Source of the DNA: Klebsormidium nitens
Taxonomy: Eukaryota; Plantae; Klebsormidiophyceae
NCBI GenBank assembly: GCA_000708835.1
Contig: DF237279.1
Coordinates: forward strand, 37,856 to 101,855
Direction: 5' to 3'
DNA: 64,000 nt
Shown here: in pieces, positions 11,463 through 26,000 of the stretch
Layout of the letters: each line of letters opens with the position of its first letter
Position numbering within the stretch: the first letter of the stretch is position 1
Program-made: the position numbers and the translations under genes
Notes under the pieces: generated by a model
Database searches by the model: none
The model's input: only the letters and a program-made list of their open reading frames with translations
What the model was told of the DNA's origin: nothing

Positions 11463-14012
11463 CAGATGAAGTGTCAAAATTACTCTCCTGCAAGGGCAGT
11501 CAGAAACGAAACAATGTCGAAAGGGCACGGCACCAACTTTGGAACTTTGGCTTCATATGTTAATCAGCTTCACTTGTGACGCGCGATAGTCACGCGCAGG
11601 ACACAGCAAAGACTGGCTTACGCGTAACCTGCTAGCTGTTCTCGTTAAGATGTCGAGAAATCGACTACATGCGGAGTCAGGAAAGCCTGTGTTCCTCTCG
11701 GGCGCTGATTCAATTGAAGTAGGGCAGACGCGGGGATTCATAATGTCCACAAATTCTTAAACAGATTCTCAAAGTTCGAAACGAAGAGGCCGGTAATCGA
11801 TGGCGACGTCGTCCAATTCTTTTTTATTGATTGATGAACACCTCTTTGTGGTGTACGGTGTCATACTACGTCCTCGACATACACGGTACGGTAGTCGTTA
11901 CGTGAGTTGAGAATACACGTTTGGTTCCTAGGACCGTTGATTGCTTAGCTTCAACTTTTGAAATAGGAATCTTTGACAAGACACGGGCCTGGAGGAAGAA
12001 ACTCACATCTTCGTCGTTGTATCCGTGGGTTCCACATTGGACCTCTGCTCTCGTGGCTTGCTCGCTTCTCCTCATGAGCTGCAGAAAGGCGAGGTGCTTT
12101 TGAGGTGTGTTAACGGAAGGCTATGAAGAGACACTTGAGAGTCGGCCTGCTTCGAGAGGTAAAGGGCCCAACGCTGCAAGACTCGTCTGCGATTTTGCTC
12201 AAACTTCCGAGGATTCGTTCTGGGGCAGGTGCTGGCTGACTAATGCAGACTGCAAATCAGCTTGGATCCCAGCTAATTAAACTCCTGTCACGATTGATGC
12301 ATGAGTTTCACCAATATCACTAGCAAGGAGCTGACGAAAGAGTAGGCTGAAACTTAAGTTTCAGTACCTTTCGTTGCAAAAGCTAGTCTCCCATAGCCGG
12401 TTCCTTGTTGCCAAGCCGCCGGCGCTGCTGCCGACTTTCACAATCTGGTGCGGAAAGCCTAGAAGCGACCGGACAGGGAGGCTTCGACAATGCATCAAGG
12501 AGCTCCTCTTTGAAAGCTGTAGTGACCTGTGAACCAGGAGGTAAGAAAGCTCGCAGTCAGTGTTAAAGTGCTAGCGGTATTGGTCAACGGTGGAATCGAT
12601 ATCGGATGCAACATCACTCATCTGCAAGTTGCAGTGGTGTGCTCTGATTTTGCAGTGGCCAGTAGTGAGTGTTTTGTAGTGCTCAGTACATATATCAGAT
12701 ATACACAGCTACCAAACTTGGATGCATGCCCACTGTGTGCACAGATTACTACTAGGCTGACCGGCTATATGTGACACGTTCTGCGCATGTTCGCCAGCAG
12801 TTTTTTTTGAGCTTACTCTTCACAGGCTTTTAGACAAAGCCTGCAAAAGGTACGTCCCCAGAACTCCCGGCTGGAAAAAGCACACCAGGTTCTTGGAACC
12901 CTCACTCTAGCTCAGATACAATTTTTTGAAAAGTCAGAGTATCGCGAGCTGACATTTCAGCCAGTGAATATTTGCAGTGTTCTACGACAGCTTGCTGAAA
13001 GGACTCACAATGCCGGCTCTGCCAGCTGTGCCCGCGGTGCTGCTGCCGCATACATGGGCTTTGTTCAGGAGCTGGATCAAGTGTCCTGCTATGTTGTGGT
13101 GACCGTTGCATGTATGACGGAGCAACACACTGAAGAACAAGTCTGGAAGTTTTCAGACTCCTGTAAAATGCAAGTCCCTGAGTTATTTGCTGCAGCTCGA
13201 GCTCCCCCCCTGATCAGAATGCAGTCAGAGAGCAAATATCAGCAATGGCTCACACACGGCCATGTTAACACATGATGGCCTTGCATTACAGCATTGCTTT
13301 ACAGCACCACAAAGTAGTCTCCGCGTTAATCAACGTTTGCTGAGCTTTGCATATGATCATGCTCTGAATCAAGATTGTATATACATTTCTCTGCAAACGA
13401 GAAATCAGGTTTGAAAGCAGTCTGATCAAACCGTCTGATCAACTCGAAGTGCTCCACGCGAGAGATTGGCTGATGTCAGCCAGCGGCCGCCCATCGAATG
13501 ACCGTCGATAAAATGTATTGGAGCCTTTTGAGCCGTAGATAAACAGGGTGAGTTGGTTGTTAGTATGCGAGTTCGGCCGAAATGCATGTGACGAAACGCT
13601 CTGAACAAGCGTGCCTGACCCCCATGTCATTGTGAACAGACCCTATGAGTAGTGCCATCTTCAAAGTGTGCTGACAAATGAATCTACAGTGATGGCCGCG
13701 GCCAATGAGGGCGAACGTCATTCTCACATGCGGAAATGCTCCTTCTCACAAGCTGCTAAAGTCCGATAAGAGGACGAAAAGAATAATCTGAACAAGGCCA
13801 TGATCAGCTAGCTGGAGGAAACATCCCTGGAGCTGAGAAGAGGGGACGCTTGCAGAGGGGCCGGAATGGAAAGCCCCATGTAAGAGATATCTAGCGAACG
13901 ACATAAGGTATGCTTGTCTGCATGACTGACACTGCATAGCATTAACAGATAGGCCCATAACTCCCTCGCCCGCATCCATTCACTTAGGAACCGTTGAGTT
14001 GCTCAGGTCTTA

Positions 14013-17000
14013 ATGGCGCCCGCCAATCAACGCCCGGCTTTCAACCTCCCAGATCTCCGCTGGCTTTCTCCTCCCAAATGGAAACCCCCAGAACGAAATA
14101 CACAACCGGCCCTGGACCAGGGCACCAAACCCTTAAGCGAAAATGCGACCAGAAAAATCCAGGGTGCTACGGAACCAGCGCAGTCAAGAACACCGGAGAA
14201 AGGGAGCCCGCCGCCGCGGCAAAGGAGGCTGTGGGACTCGTTTGCTGCCAGGGGGGAGAGCTTGGTGCCCTTCCGGCAGAGGAATGGGACCCCCCTGGAA
14301 AATGAAAATGGTGACGGAACAGGGAAAATGGAGCCCGCAAAAATCAATGCTGGAAACAGCATTCCTGTGCGCTGGCCAGTGCCAGCTGTCCCAATGTCGC
14401 TAGAGCCGGGGGCAGCACTGGAGGATACGATGACTGCAGCGTCTGATGTAGCGCTTGCGAGTGCGGAGAAGAGCATGGGTCCAGCGCTCAAAGACGAGCT
14501 ATGCATGCAAGCGATCGATGAGACACAGTCGTCAGCAAAACCACTGTCCCCCCCAGCTCAGCCATTTGAGGTCAAGCTCCTAGTTCGGGAAAGAAAGGTG
14601 CCAGCTGTCCAGGTTTTGCCCCCCGGAACAGCCCCATCTGTCATAGTCCCAGCCCCACTCGCGGTGCCCCCCCCCTCAGCAGAGCCTCCCCTCACCCCCC
14701 CGGAAGTTATCGCTCGCGGCCGCTTTTTTTCTCCCCCCTGCGCTGCGCGGGACAGAGTTCTCCTTTCCCCCAGCCTGCGCGTGGGGACTACTGCTCTGCG
14801 CGGGCGAGTCGCTGACCTCATCAGCCCTGGGCGGCCCTTTCGGAGCCCTCGTAGCAAGTTTTTCTCGCCCCCCAGGTAAAGTTTTATCTCCTTTCTAAAT
14901 ATCTCTATCATCAGTGGTATCAGCATATCAGAGAAGAGCTTGCAACTTTTGCTTTCCTTGGATCCCCTTTTTGTGCATTAGTATTATGTTGCAGAACTTG
15001 CCTCTAGCTGGCAAACAAAAAGCTCGTTCGAATGTGATATAAGTGGTCAGCACACACGAACGCGACTATGATTTGCAATTCGAATCAATAAACAGAAGAT
15101 ACAGACATGAAAGTACAGCTAAGTCCAGAGAAAGATGCAAGATACGAGGGGGCCAAGCTGGTGGTTACATGTTGCCACCTTCAAGCCCTGTTTACCGCCG
15201 CTCTCTTCTATGGATAGAAGGAGTTCTTTATCAAAAACTGATCGTTATCCTCTTCGCCCTCTGCCATCCAATCAGGTACCGTGGAAAGCTCCTTAAGAAG
15301 AATGCGGCGGGAGGCAGTGGGGAGGAAGTGGTCACCGGCAGCTTGGCTCTAGGTTGCAGCTCAGGCCCGTTCCAGGGGAGTGCAAAAACGGGCGGTCAGA
15401 CAGAGGGGAATCGGGTGCGGTTTTGGTGGTTGAAGGAACGGGCAGAGTTGGGCCGTGGTTGTACAGTGGGTGAAGAGAGTTCTGGGGGCCAAGCTGAGGC
15501 GCAGAGGGAAAGTTCTGCCACGGAAAGGGAACGAGTAATTTTTTCATGGGGGAAGGGTTCCTTCTCGCCAGACTGCCAAACAGCCAAGGATCCGGAGGGG
15601 CTGTTTGCGAGGCACGACCGCAAAGAAACAAGGACCTATGATGAGTCTAACACCGAGGTTCCTCTTGAGACTGGAGCAGAACGTGTTGGTGGGCGCATGG
15701 TGTCAAACGACGTGCCAAGCCCTGCGGCTCGTACTCAGCTTCCAACGTCGACCCCGACCCCCCTCTTCCTTGACACAGCCACAGCTGGAGAGGCTGCTAA
15801 CAGAGCTGCATCACAAAGTTGGTATCGAGCTGAGCAGGAGAGCGAGATGGAGGATGGAGACACCCAGTCTGTGGGCAGTACGGAAAGTCCCGTGAAATTT
15901 GGAGGTCTCCTCGACGGCGCTCTCGGAAAGCTCGAAACGCTGGCGCTCGCGTGTAGGCTGGAGGATCTGAAGCTGGCAGGGGGAGCCAACCGGGCAGCGG
16001 AGGAGAACGGAATGGAGGTTGGTTTAGAGACCGGGGAAAGTGGTCGGGGCGACAAAGCGGGGTGGGAGAAGGCTGACTTTAAGATTGAAAAGACTAAACG
16101 GGGCCACAATGCGGGGACAGAAGAGGCGGTGTCCGAAACTGGGGGTTTAGATGGGGATGAGGAAGTTGCTTTGAAACTCCAGGGTGTGAAAACGGACGCT
16201 GACATCAGGGTGCGTGCGAACAAGACGAGGCGACCTCGAGACAAACAGAACGGGGTTGGTGGACGAAAAAACGGGGGTGGCGGGTCGCAAGCCGGTCCGC
16301 AAAGTCTTCCTGTTCCAGCGAAAGTTTGTAAGGACCCTCCGGGCACAGAGGACGAGCCGATTCTTGTAAAGAATTCTCAACAGACACAGCAAAGGATAAG
16401 CGCTGCCGATCCGGCGCTCGGCCTCGGTTTTCAGCACAGACGGGGCATCGCGTTTGCTGATGCGGACGAGAAGTCGGACAGGAGTTTGGACACAGGATCA
16501 GTGGTCGCGTCCGCTGAAGCCGTGCCCCAAGACCGGGCAGCCAGTTCTGGTCGGTCGGAAGAGCTGGCGGGTTTTGAGAGCGGGGTCCCTGGGATTGCAA
16601 AAGCAGCGCCAGTGCCGCCGAACGGGCAGCTCAAGACGGCGGCTGATGGACCGAGGAACACACAGCGGTCTGCGAATGCTACAGAAGCGTCTGTGGACGG
16701 TTCCAAAGAGTCGGCAGAGGATAAATCGGGGAATTTGGACGGCGTTTCGGACCTTATCCCAAACCCTGCAGACGGTTCAACGGACAGAGAGAGCGCACCC
16801 TCCTCTTTGTGGGGTGGTGCGAGGGGCGGGTCAGAGCCCCCCAAACAGAAAACGGACGGCAAAGCTGAGCTCACGGACGCGTCCGAGCAGGGGATCCCTT
16901 CCGGTTCGGCTGAGGAGAGCGTTGCGGTCACTGGGGTTTCAATAAGTTTGTGCGGTCGGGCGGAGATGGTGAGTACGAGAGGTTTCGAACAGGCGGCAAC

Positions 17001-20000
17001 TGATGGGCAGCTCGAAGAAACGGCACTTTTGGGTAAACAAAAGCTGTCAGCTGCAGAAGGGATGACTCAGCAGACCGCAACCCAGCTTCCAGTTTCGGGC
17101 TACCCGCTGGGCGCTGCATTGGGAGCCAGATTCGAAGGGAATCGGGATGATCCGGATGATCTGGAACGCTGTGGAGGGTTGGAAGAACAGCCGTCAGGTA
17201 GTGAGAATGCCTTCGAGGGTGACCGTTCAGTGAAAGAAAGCACGGGTCTGTGGATCGGCGATGAAGGACCAGTGGAGCAGGCGATGGCGAGCGGAGAGTT
17301 GGAGAGTGGGGAGCGGAGAGAAAACCTAGAGATGGGCGCAAGGACGGATGGAGGGTTGGAGTTTAGAGATCAAATGGAAGGAATAGTAGAGAAGGGCAGA
17401 GGATCGGAAGTAAACCCAGCGAAGGTTGAACGGACGGAACCAGAAGTAGAGAGGGGAGAATCAAAAGGTGGAGACCGGAAGAGAGGGGAAAGGGCCGAAG
17501 GGGAGCTAGATCGAGACAAACAGAAGAGAGGACTTGAACTAGAGAGGGGAGAGCCCACGCAGCAGAGCCTGGAAGACCTTGCGCAACTAGACTGGGACAG
17601 CATTCTGTCCGGCGACGTCGACTCGTGCGTCCGGCACCTGTTGGACAGTCCGCAGTGTCAGCGACGGTCGTGGGCCTCTGGCGAGGGGACCGCTTCGCGA
17701 CCAATATCGCCCCCCTGGAAAGATCGCGTTCGGGCCTCCGCCGCCGACGGGGGCCTCGCTTCCCCGCCTGCTTCACCCCCCTGGAAAACAAATCCACCAG
17801 AGATGCGTCTTAGAGAGGGCAGTCCGGGTGCAACGAACAAGGGACCAAGCGGGGGGTCCGATTCTCGGCCATCATCGCCCCCCCGGAAAGATCCAGACCC
17901 GACTATTGCCTCAGGCTGGGGGGCAATTTCCCGCCCCGGTTCCCCCCTCTTCAGAAGCCAAAGTCTCCCGACGGATCCTACTTCGGTCGGCAGCCCAGGC
18001 GCGGCGTCGCTGGAGCCGGGTGGGGGGCTACATTCCCTGCTTGGTTCGCCCCCCTGGAGCGTGCAAAACTTCCCGGAGGTAAACCTTTTGGTGGGGAGCC
18101 CTGGGGCGGCGAGGGACGCGTTCCGTCGGTGGACCGTTCCGGGGAGCCCTGGTGTGCCCAAACCGACGGAAACAGCAGGTAAACACCGTAATATTATGTA
18201 GCGATTAGATTCTTCCAGTGTTACAGCACTTTTGTACACCCAGTCACTTTAGAAAAGGGAGGAAAGCTCACAATTAGTCAAAATCAGCTATCACCAGATT
18301 TGGTTGTGTTTTCCTAACTTATTCGTCTATTATACTTCAAAACCTTCTTGTCTTCCGATATCAGCAGCTTGTTCGAATATAGTTGCAATGAAGAGGACTC
18401 TTTGTATTCACCTGCACAAAAATTCTAAGCACACGACAATCTGCTCCGCACCACAACCCTCTCTAACTGCCATACTAAGCCATTCCGTCCTCGTCAATTT
18501 CCTTATTGATCTTCAACATTGTTGACATGTAGAGTTTCTTTCATTCGCAGGCGTGAGGTTTAGGGAGACGCGGGACGTTGGGTTCCTGAGGGCGGTGGCT
18601 GGTTGGGAACCGGGGCTGGGCAGAAAGGCGGGAGCGGAACGGAGCGGAAGGGCAAGAGCAGATTCCGGCGGAAATGCCAGAGCAGAGCAAGAGTTGGGGC
18701 CCGAGGCCGGCGGTGTGACAGGACCACAACAGAGCGGAACAGTTAAGGCGAATTTGGATCCGTTAGTGAAAGCGGATTACGGCGCAGAACTAGTAACTAG
18801 AAGGGCGGAAAGCTCGGCAGCAATGGATGTTCCGATGGGAAGCGAGGCGGAACGAGCGGATTCTGAGGTAGGGGCTGATTGGAGATGAAAGCTTCTTATT
18901 TAAGTCGAAGCTTTTCCTCGCTTTCTTTCTTGCTATTCTACTGATTGCTATCTCGGAATCGGAATCTGCGCACTCTTGTATCTGCTTCTCTTTACTATTG
19001 CTTCTTCTTCCGAGTCCCAAAGGGAGCTACAGACCGCAGCTTTAGACGGCTTCTTTGCGAACGATGCCAACGCGACATCGTTCCTCTACACGACCACAGA
19101 CTTTCTGAGGGAGGCTGGCAGGAGCCGATTCTTGTACACGCCATATCACGAGGTACTATGGCAAATCTTCTCTGAGCATCTCAGAGATGGTTCCCCAAAT
19201 TGCATAAGGTCTGCGCCCTAAAACCCTGGGGTTTGCGCAAAATGGTTTACGTTGCTTCTTGGCAGGACACGTCGCCGGCGGCTCCTGAATCCGCAGAAAC
19301 GGAACCGGACGTGGAGGAGTTTTCCAGCGGCGTTGAGCCGCCACGCAAGCGGCGGGACGCGGAGAGAAGAAGCTCGGTGAGCAGAGGACACGTCTCTGTA
19401 CGAGTTGAGATCGGGAGTTTGAGAAGTGCCGGATCACCTTTATGTCAAAAAGCACCTCCACGGATCTGGCTCAAGGGAGCCAGTTGAAACCCGTTTTTCA
19501 GTACTTTTTGTAAGCTAACGAACATGATCACGTTTGAGTCTTCACCATCTCAGCTTCTCATGTTGTAATCCAGTCTTGAATACCGCAACAGGATACGAGA
19601 TTGGAAAAAATCTACAGAAAATCTAAGACGATTACGACCCCGTCAACTTCGTCTCTTCGGTTCGTTTCTGAAGTCAGCCACTCACATTCGCAGACATACA
19701 TGGGCGCATAAAATGGTGAGAACGCGCACATATCGCTGTTCAGGAAGCAACGAAAGGATACAAGATGGCGCCGCAAGACCTTGGCAAGAGACATGAGCCC
19801 TCTCTAATCTTTGCCTTCTAGTTTTAGAGGAGGGTTACTTCTTTCTCTGTCGGCGGCGTTTCCATCCTAAAGCGGTCTGCACCACATGAAACTTGCAGGT
19901 TTCGAACCGATCAAAGCCCCAGACCCCGCAGTTTGAAAACCTCGAGACCGTATCCACCCAAAACGTCGAATTGTCGACCTATTTCCTCTCCCCCTCTTAC

Positions 20001-23000
20001 AGAACCACTTGTTCGCCTTTGGCAGCTTCAGCTCAATTTTCTCGGACCTTCAAGCTCCAAAACCAGGAACCCAAATGCTTGAATATCTAGTCAGGCTTAT
20101 TTCCACCAATATCACAGGGTCACTTGTCCCGCATCCGGCGGCTCCAGTCGCGGCCTTCTTGCACCATTCTAAATACTCGAAACCCTCAAACCCCAAACCC
20201 CAAACCACGAAAACTCAGAAAACCGAAACCCTAAATTTCTTATCACTAAGCTTTCTCAATGACTCTAATTCACAGGATCACTTGTACCGCCCAGCCGCGG
20301 CCCTCCTGCGCCATTTCCAGAACTCCAAAAACCTCAAACCTTAAACCACGAAAACTCAGAAAACCAAAACCCTAAATTCCTTATCACTAATCCAGGATCA
20401 TTTGTCACGCCCCCGGCGGCTACAGCCGCGGCCCTCCTGCGCCGCCCTCCTCCTGCCCTGCGCGCCGTACGATGAGGACGGGTGCGCCGAAGATCACGCC
20501 ACGTGGCAGCCTGAGAAAGTCGCCGCCAACCGCCTCCGCATTTTAGTCGGGCCGTACGCCGACAAGGAGGGCATTCACACCGACGGCTCGGAGGGGCTGA
20601 GCCCCGAGGTGACGCCGCGGTGTGAAACGGCGCCTGGCAGGCGGTTCTTCAGGGACACGGACGCTCCTGAGAGGGTTTCCAAGTAAGGCCGACACGATTT
20701 TGAGGGCGGGTCGGAAGCTGCTCTGCTCATCGCAGAGTAACATGTGCTTCGTCTACTTTCTACGAGGCCAAAGCATTTTCATGAGCTTACGATCGGGGCT
20801 GCAGCTATGATTACACCGTTTCAACATCCTGACACGAAGGTTTATTTTGACCGGCTTGATTCAAGCTTTGCAAGCGAAGATTGATTGTGAAAAACACCTT
20901 AAGAAACTCCTAGTGCTGTGCTAACGTTGTTCCTTCTAGTGTTCTCAATTGGTAACAAACTGACGGCGTGATTCAGGCGATGTAAAAGCTTTCGACTCCC
21001 TTCACTTTTCCCTCAACTTGGTCTTTCCGTTCATCCTTGCGCACTCAGCCCTCATTTTTCGATAGCTGGAACCATTAGGCTCCCGTTGTTCTGACGTGAC
21101 TTGCTTGTTTTCCTATCCAAACAATGTTGTATGCTTTTCGAGAATATTATGTTTCCAACAACTTGCTATCGTTTTTATGCCATGTTTCCTTCTTCTCAAT
21201 GACAGCGCTTCACGACAAGTTAACCTCTGATGTCACCCCTCTCTTCTTCACAGGCCTTCAAAGCTGTCCTTCCCCGTCGTCTCATCCGAACCGGCAGTCT
21301 CCAACGCCCTTTCCGCAACGGAAACGGGAACTCTGCGCCCGACGGAAGTCCTGTGCTCTGCGGACTATTCCCCCTCAGTGGAAGTCCGATCCTCAAGGGA
21401 CGCGGAAATCGTCCGCTCATCGGACGTCCGTTCCTCAAGGGACGCGGACACGCTCGGCCCATTGGACGTCCGTTCCTCACCGGACGCTGAGACCCGGCGC
21501 TCATCGGACCTGGGCCAGCGCTCTGCGGACGCTTTCCCTCCAGCGGACGTCCGTTCCTCAAGGGACGCGGAAACCCTTGGCTCGCCGGACGTCCGTTTCT
21601 CAACGGAATCGGAAACCAGTCGCTCGTTGGACGTCCGCTCCTTCCCTGGCCCAGATACTCGGCACTCATCGGACATCCTGCGCTCTGCGGGCGCTCTCTT
21701 CTCAGCGGACGTCAGCTCCTGTGCGGACGCAGAAACTCTAAACTCACCGGACGCAACAACTCTGCAGTCAGCGGACGCGTTACCCGCAGAGGACCCAGCC
21801 AGTCCCGTTCTGACAGCCGCCACAACTGTGGCTCCCCCGGAGAACTTCACCGGTCAGATTTCTGAAGCGGGGCTGTCGAGCCAAGCCTGGGGAGAGTCAA
21901 CCGACCAAGATTCTACCGGAAAGAGACTAACCGAGTCAGTTACGGTAGAACCCACCGACCGGGTTTGTCTTGAGGAAGGGCCTTCTCGGCCAGTTTCTGG
22001 GGGAATGATCGACCAAAGTTCTGCCGGGAAGAAACCATTTGGGTCGGCCTCGGCGGAAAGCACCGGCCCGGACTCTGGTGAAGAGAGTCCGTTCGAGTCA
22101 ACCTCGCTGAACGGCACCGCCCGAGATTCCGCCGGAATAGAGCTGCCTCGGTCTTCCTCCGCGGAAAGCACCGACCAGGACTTTGTTGAAGCGATTCCGT
22201 TCCAATCAGCATCCGTCGAACGTACCGCCGATAGTTTCGTCGAAAGTGAGCTGCTTCGTTCAGTCTCGGAAGAGTTCGTCGAGCGCTTGTCTTCGGGAGA
22301 TTGGACTGGAAAGAACTGGGCGATCGGCGAAATCTTGGAGCGCTTCCGCGTTCAAAGGCGGGCGGGGAGCCGTTTCCCGGTCGCTCGACGGAACAACCGG
22401 GCATCAGAGGGATCCCTCTCGAGCTTGAGCTCTGCTGCTAACCGGGGCAGAAGCGCCCGGGTCAGTGACCCGGGCTCTGAGGACCTAGATCGAGGCGACA
22501 CGGGGGCGAAAACGCACGACGAGCGAGCACGGGCGAGACAGCTTACGGGCCAGCCGGTCGCTCAACGTAACCGGGCGGCTGAGGGATCCCTCTCTAGCTT
22601 GAGCTCTGCTCGCGACCAGGGCGAGAGTGCCCGGCTCAGTCACCCGAGCGCTTCGGAAGTGGCTGCGGGCGACTCAGAGGCAAACTTCCAGGAGGAGCGG
22701 ACACCGACGGTAACGAACCAGCCCGAGAAAACTAGAGCGGGGATCAGCGACTCCTTGGGTAGTGCGGAAAAGGCCTCGGTTTGCGAGAAGCCATGCTCGG
22801 GAGGATCTCCAGCCACCAGAGAACTAGAGGGGGAAGAAGTGACTCCGAGTTTGGAACCTTCCGAAAATTTCGTCTCTCAAGTGAGCTTGGTCCTTCGGGC
22901 TGGAAGAGGAGGCGTTTTTGGTGAAGACGAACGGACGCCGAGAAGCCAAGAGATGGGTGAAGAAGGGGGTGCTTCTGTGCTGTCCGGAGAAACCGGAAGC

Positions 23001-26000
23001 GGTCCCGAATGGGTTTGCGAGGGGGAGCTGTTGGGGGCCGATGAAGGTACGCCGGAAAGCGGAAAGCGGCAAATGAAAATTGCTCATCCAGGGAGTGAAG
23101 AGATGGCAGAGCTACAAAACAGTGATGGAGAATTAGAAAGGGTGGAGATGACAACGCCACGCGGCAGAACGGGGGATCCGGAGAGAACCCTGCGCGCGCT
23201 TGGAACAGAGAGCGCGGACGAGAACGAGTTGGCCGGCGGCGATGAACCGATGGGACACGTGGCGAGAGCGGAGCACGCTTACGTAGGTTCCATAAAGGGC
23301 CAAAATGCCAGTGGTCGGGAGGAAGAGACCGGTCACTCTGCTGCGGAGGAGAGAGACAGGGAGGTGACCGGGGGAGTGCTACCAGGGGCGGTAATGGAAG
23401 GACGGGAGGCACGACTGGGGATTGAATTGGGGAAGGCCGGGAACGGCGCGAAAGGGGCGGATCGGAGCGTTCCGGTCGCAGTAGAAAAAGCAGCGGAACT
23501 ACGAAGGACGGAGGCGGCCGGGAAGAACGCGACAGCGGCGGAGCGGAGCGTTCCGGTCGCAGTAAATGCAGCGGAACTTCAAAGGGCGAAACAGGCGGAA
23601 ACGGAACTGATAAAGGAGGTCTGGGTTGCGCTTTCGCCGCGAATCTGGGAACCACCCGCGGGACTGGTGCCAGGTCCAGGAGACGAACTGGAGGTGTTCG
23701 AGTTTGAGGCCTCGGACGGCGAACTGGAGGGAACGGAACGGGTTCCGGCGGAACCTGAAGTGGAAAAAGCCAGCGGAAATGGAAGCATCGTCCAGGAATC
23801 TGGTGAGGGAGCCAGGCTGGACGAACCCTGTTTGGAGATGAACGACTTGGGCGGACTCAGTGCAAACGGTAGCAGTTTAGACGGAACGATTGTGGACGGA
23901 GTCATTGTGGGCGAAACCAGTGCGGGCGGAAGCAGTGTGGGCGGAAGCAGTGTGGACGGAACCAGTGGGGACGGTGGAGGCAGGGACGGAACGGAGCCGG
24001 ACGGAATCGAGCTGGACGGACCAAGCCTAGACAGGACCAATTTGGACCGAAAGAGGTTGGACGAACCAAAAGTGGACGGAACCGGCCTGGACGGAAACAG
24101 TCCGGACGGAACAGCTTTCGGCGGATCCGGCTTGGACGGAACCGAACTGGACGGAACCAGTCTGAGGCAAACCAGCCTGGACAGCACCACTTTGGACGTC
24201 AGATCGGACGAAACGAGCTCAACCATAGCCAACGCGACCGGAACTGGTTTGGGCGGAACCAGTTTGGACGGAAACAGCCACGAAGAAGTCACTCGAAAAG
24301 GGAACGTGTCCAGCAGAAGCGGGCCGGTATCCGACGGAATGTCCTTGTTGCCGAAGCTGAAGTTGGGAGCGCGCGCAGAGAAAACGGCTGTGCCTGCGCG
24401 GACGGCAGAACGACGTTCCGCCGCGGAAGCGGAAGCTCCGGCCTTCGCAGGGGAGCTGCCGGAATTACGAGCAGCTCTGAAGCAGGTCAAGACGCGTGTG
24501 GCTAGCAGCCCGGAGCGCGCGAAGGTGAGACTCCTGACCGCGGTGCAGAGAAAGTCTTGAGGTTATGACATGATAAGATGTTTGTCCTATGGAGGCGTGT
24601 AGACCATTCAAAACTGCATGTCATGAGGGTTCAAAAGAAGGACACGCAGTCACAGCTTTCGTGAAGACTAGTTTTGGTTTGGAATATGTTTATAGGAGGA
24701 ATGGGAGATTGACTGAAAGTCAGGCTGTAGAATACTGGCTGGAGTCTCTGAGAGCAGCGCTTTATTGGAAGATAACAATGGGCAAAGTCTTTTCTGCAAC
24801 GGCGTAAGGGATTTGGTTTGCTTGGACGATGCAAACTAGCTGAAGTCATCTCTTACCACTTTGAAGAGAGTCATCTTTTATGCCCCTTTCGGTGTCCAGG
24901 CTTAAGCATTCCGTGTAGAAAGGTTCGAAAAGCAGACATTGACTATCTATTTCTTTGCACACGTCTCCAAACATCCCGCTTGAGAGTTCACAGCACGACA
25001 ACCCGATAACCCACGAGCCAAAACACGTCGCCTATCAAACCATAACCGATCTCTTCCCGGTATCGTTCCCCAGGTCAAGTCCCCGCGAAAGCGGAACGGC
25101 TTCGCTGCCACCTCTCTCGTCAACGGGCGCGCCGTCCTCGGCACCACCCTCTCCCTGGCCCGGAAACAGGAGATTGCTGACGTCAGCGTGGACTCGTTTT
25201 TGAACTGGGACTTCATCGTCGGGGGCGAAGAAAGCGGCGGAGAGGGGGCTGTCGTTGCTGCTTCAGAATCGGTCTGTGGCGCTGGTTTGGAGATTGGGAA
25301 TGCTGGTGCTTTAGAATCGGTCTCTGGCAGGGGTTTGGAAGTCGGTGCTTTGCAACCGGGTTCTGAAGGTGGATTGGAATTGGGTTCTGGCGGTTGTGTG
25401 GAAGGCGTCACGGAAGGCAAACCAAAGACAGTCACAGCCGATGGTTTTAGATCGGTCACAGCGGGGGTCTCAGAGGCCGACGTTACGGTCAGCGGTGGAG
25501 GATCGGTCACGGCCAGTGGTTCAGAGACGGCTTCTAAAGGAGAGGGAGAATTGGTTTTCGCCAGCGGGTTCAACTCCGCTTCAGCCCCCGGTTTAGAATC
25601 AGCCTCTGTCAATAGTGTAGATTCTGGTTTTGAGGGCGACGTAGAGCCGGGCTCTGGCAGTGGCTTCGCCGCGGCCAGCACTCCGGGGCTCCAGGAGATG
25701 TACGCGGGTGAGCTAGCTAATTCTGCCGCGTACACACCGGAACGGAAGGGAGTTGCCGACAATCGAGCGGTGCAAGGCGCGGCGGAAAAGTCTGGCGGAT
25801 TCTCGCTAATGACCGAGCTCCATTGTGCACCCTTGGAGGGAAGTCCGGCGGAACCGCAACTCGGTCTAGTTGGAGACGAGGGGACGGAAAGCGGAACGGA
25901 AAGCGCGCGTGCTGGGGCCAGCTCTCACCGACCGGAATCTGCTGTTCCGTCGCCGGAGCCCCCGGCCGTCTCCTCAACGGAGCAGTCAGGACGGATTCAA

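Noticed and set aside
15043-15275. N-terminal part of the 1052-aa track ORF
   Set aside because: Starts at GTG inside what reads as an intron; the CAG acceptor at 15275 joins in phase to the exon ending at 14875.
20170-20385. Telomeric array (AAACCCT-like runs)
   Set aside because: Only scattered degenerate units inside a local duplication, not a tandem telomere tract.
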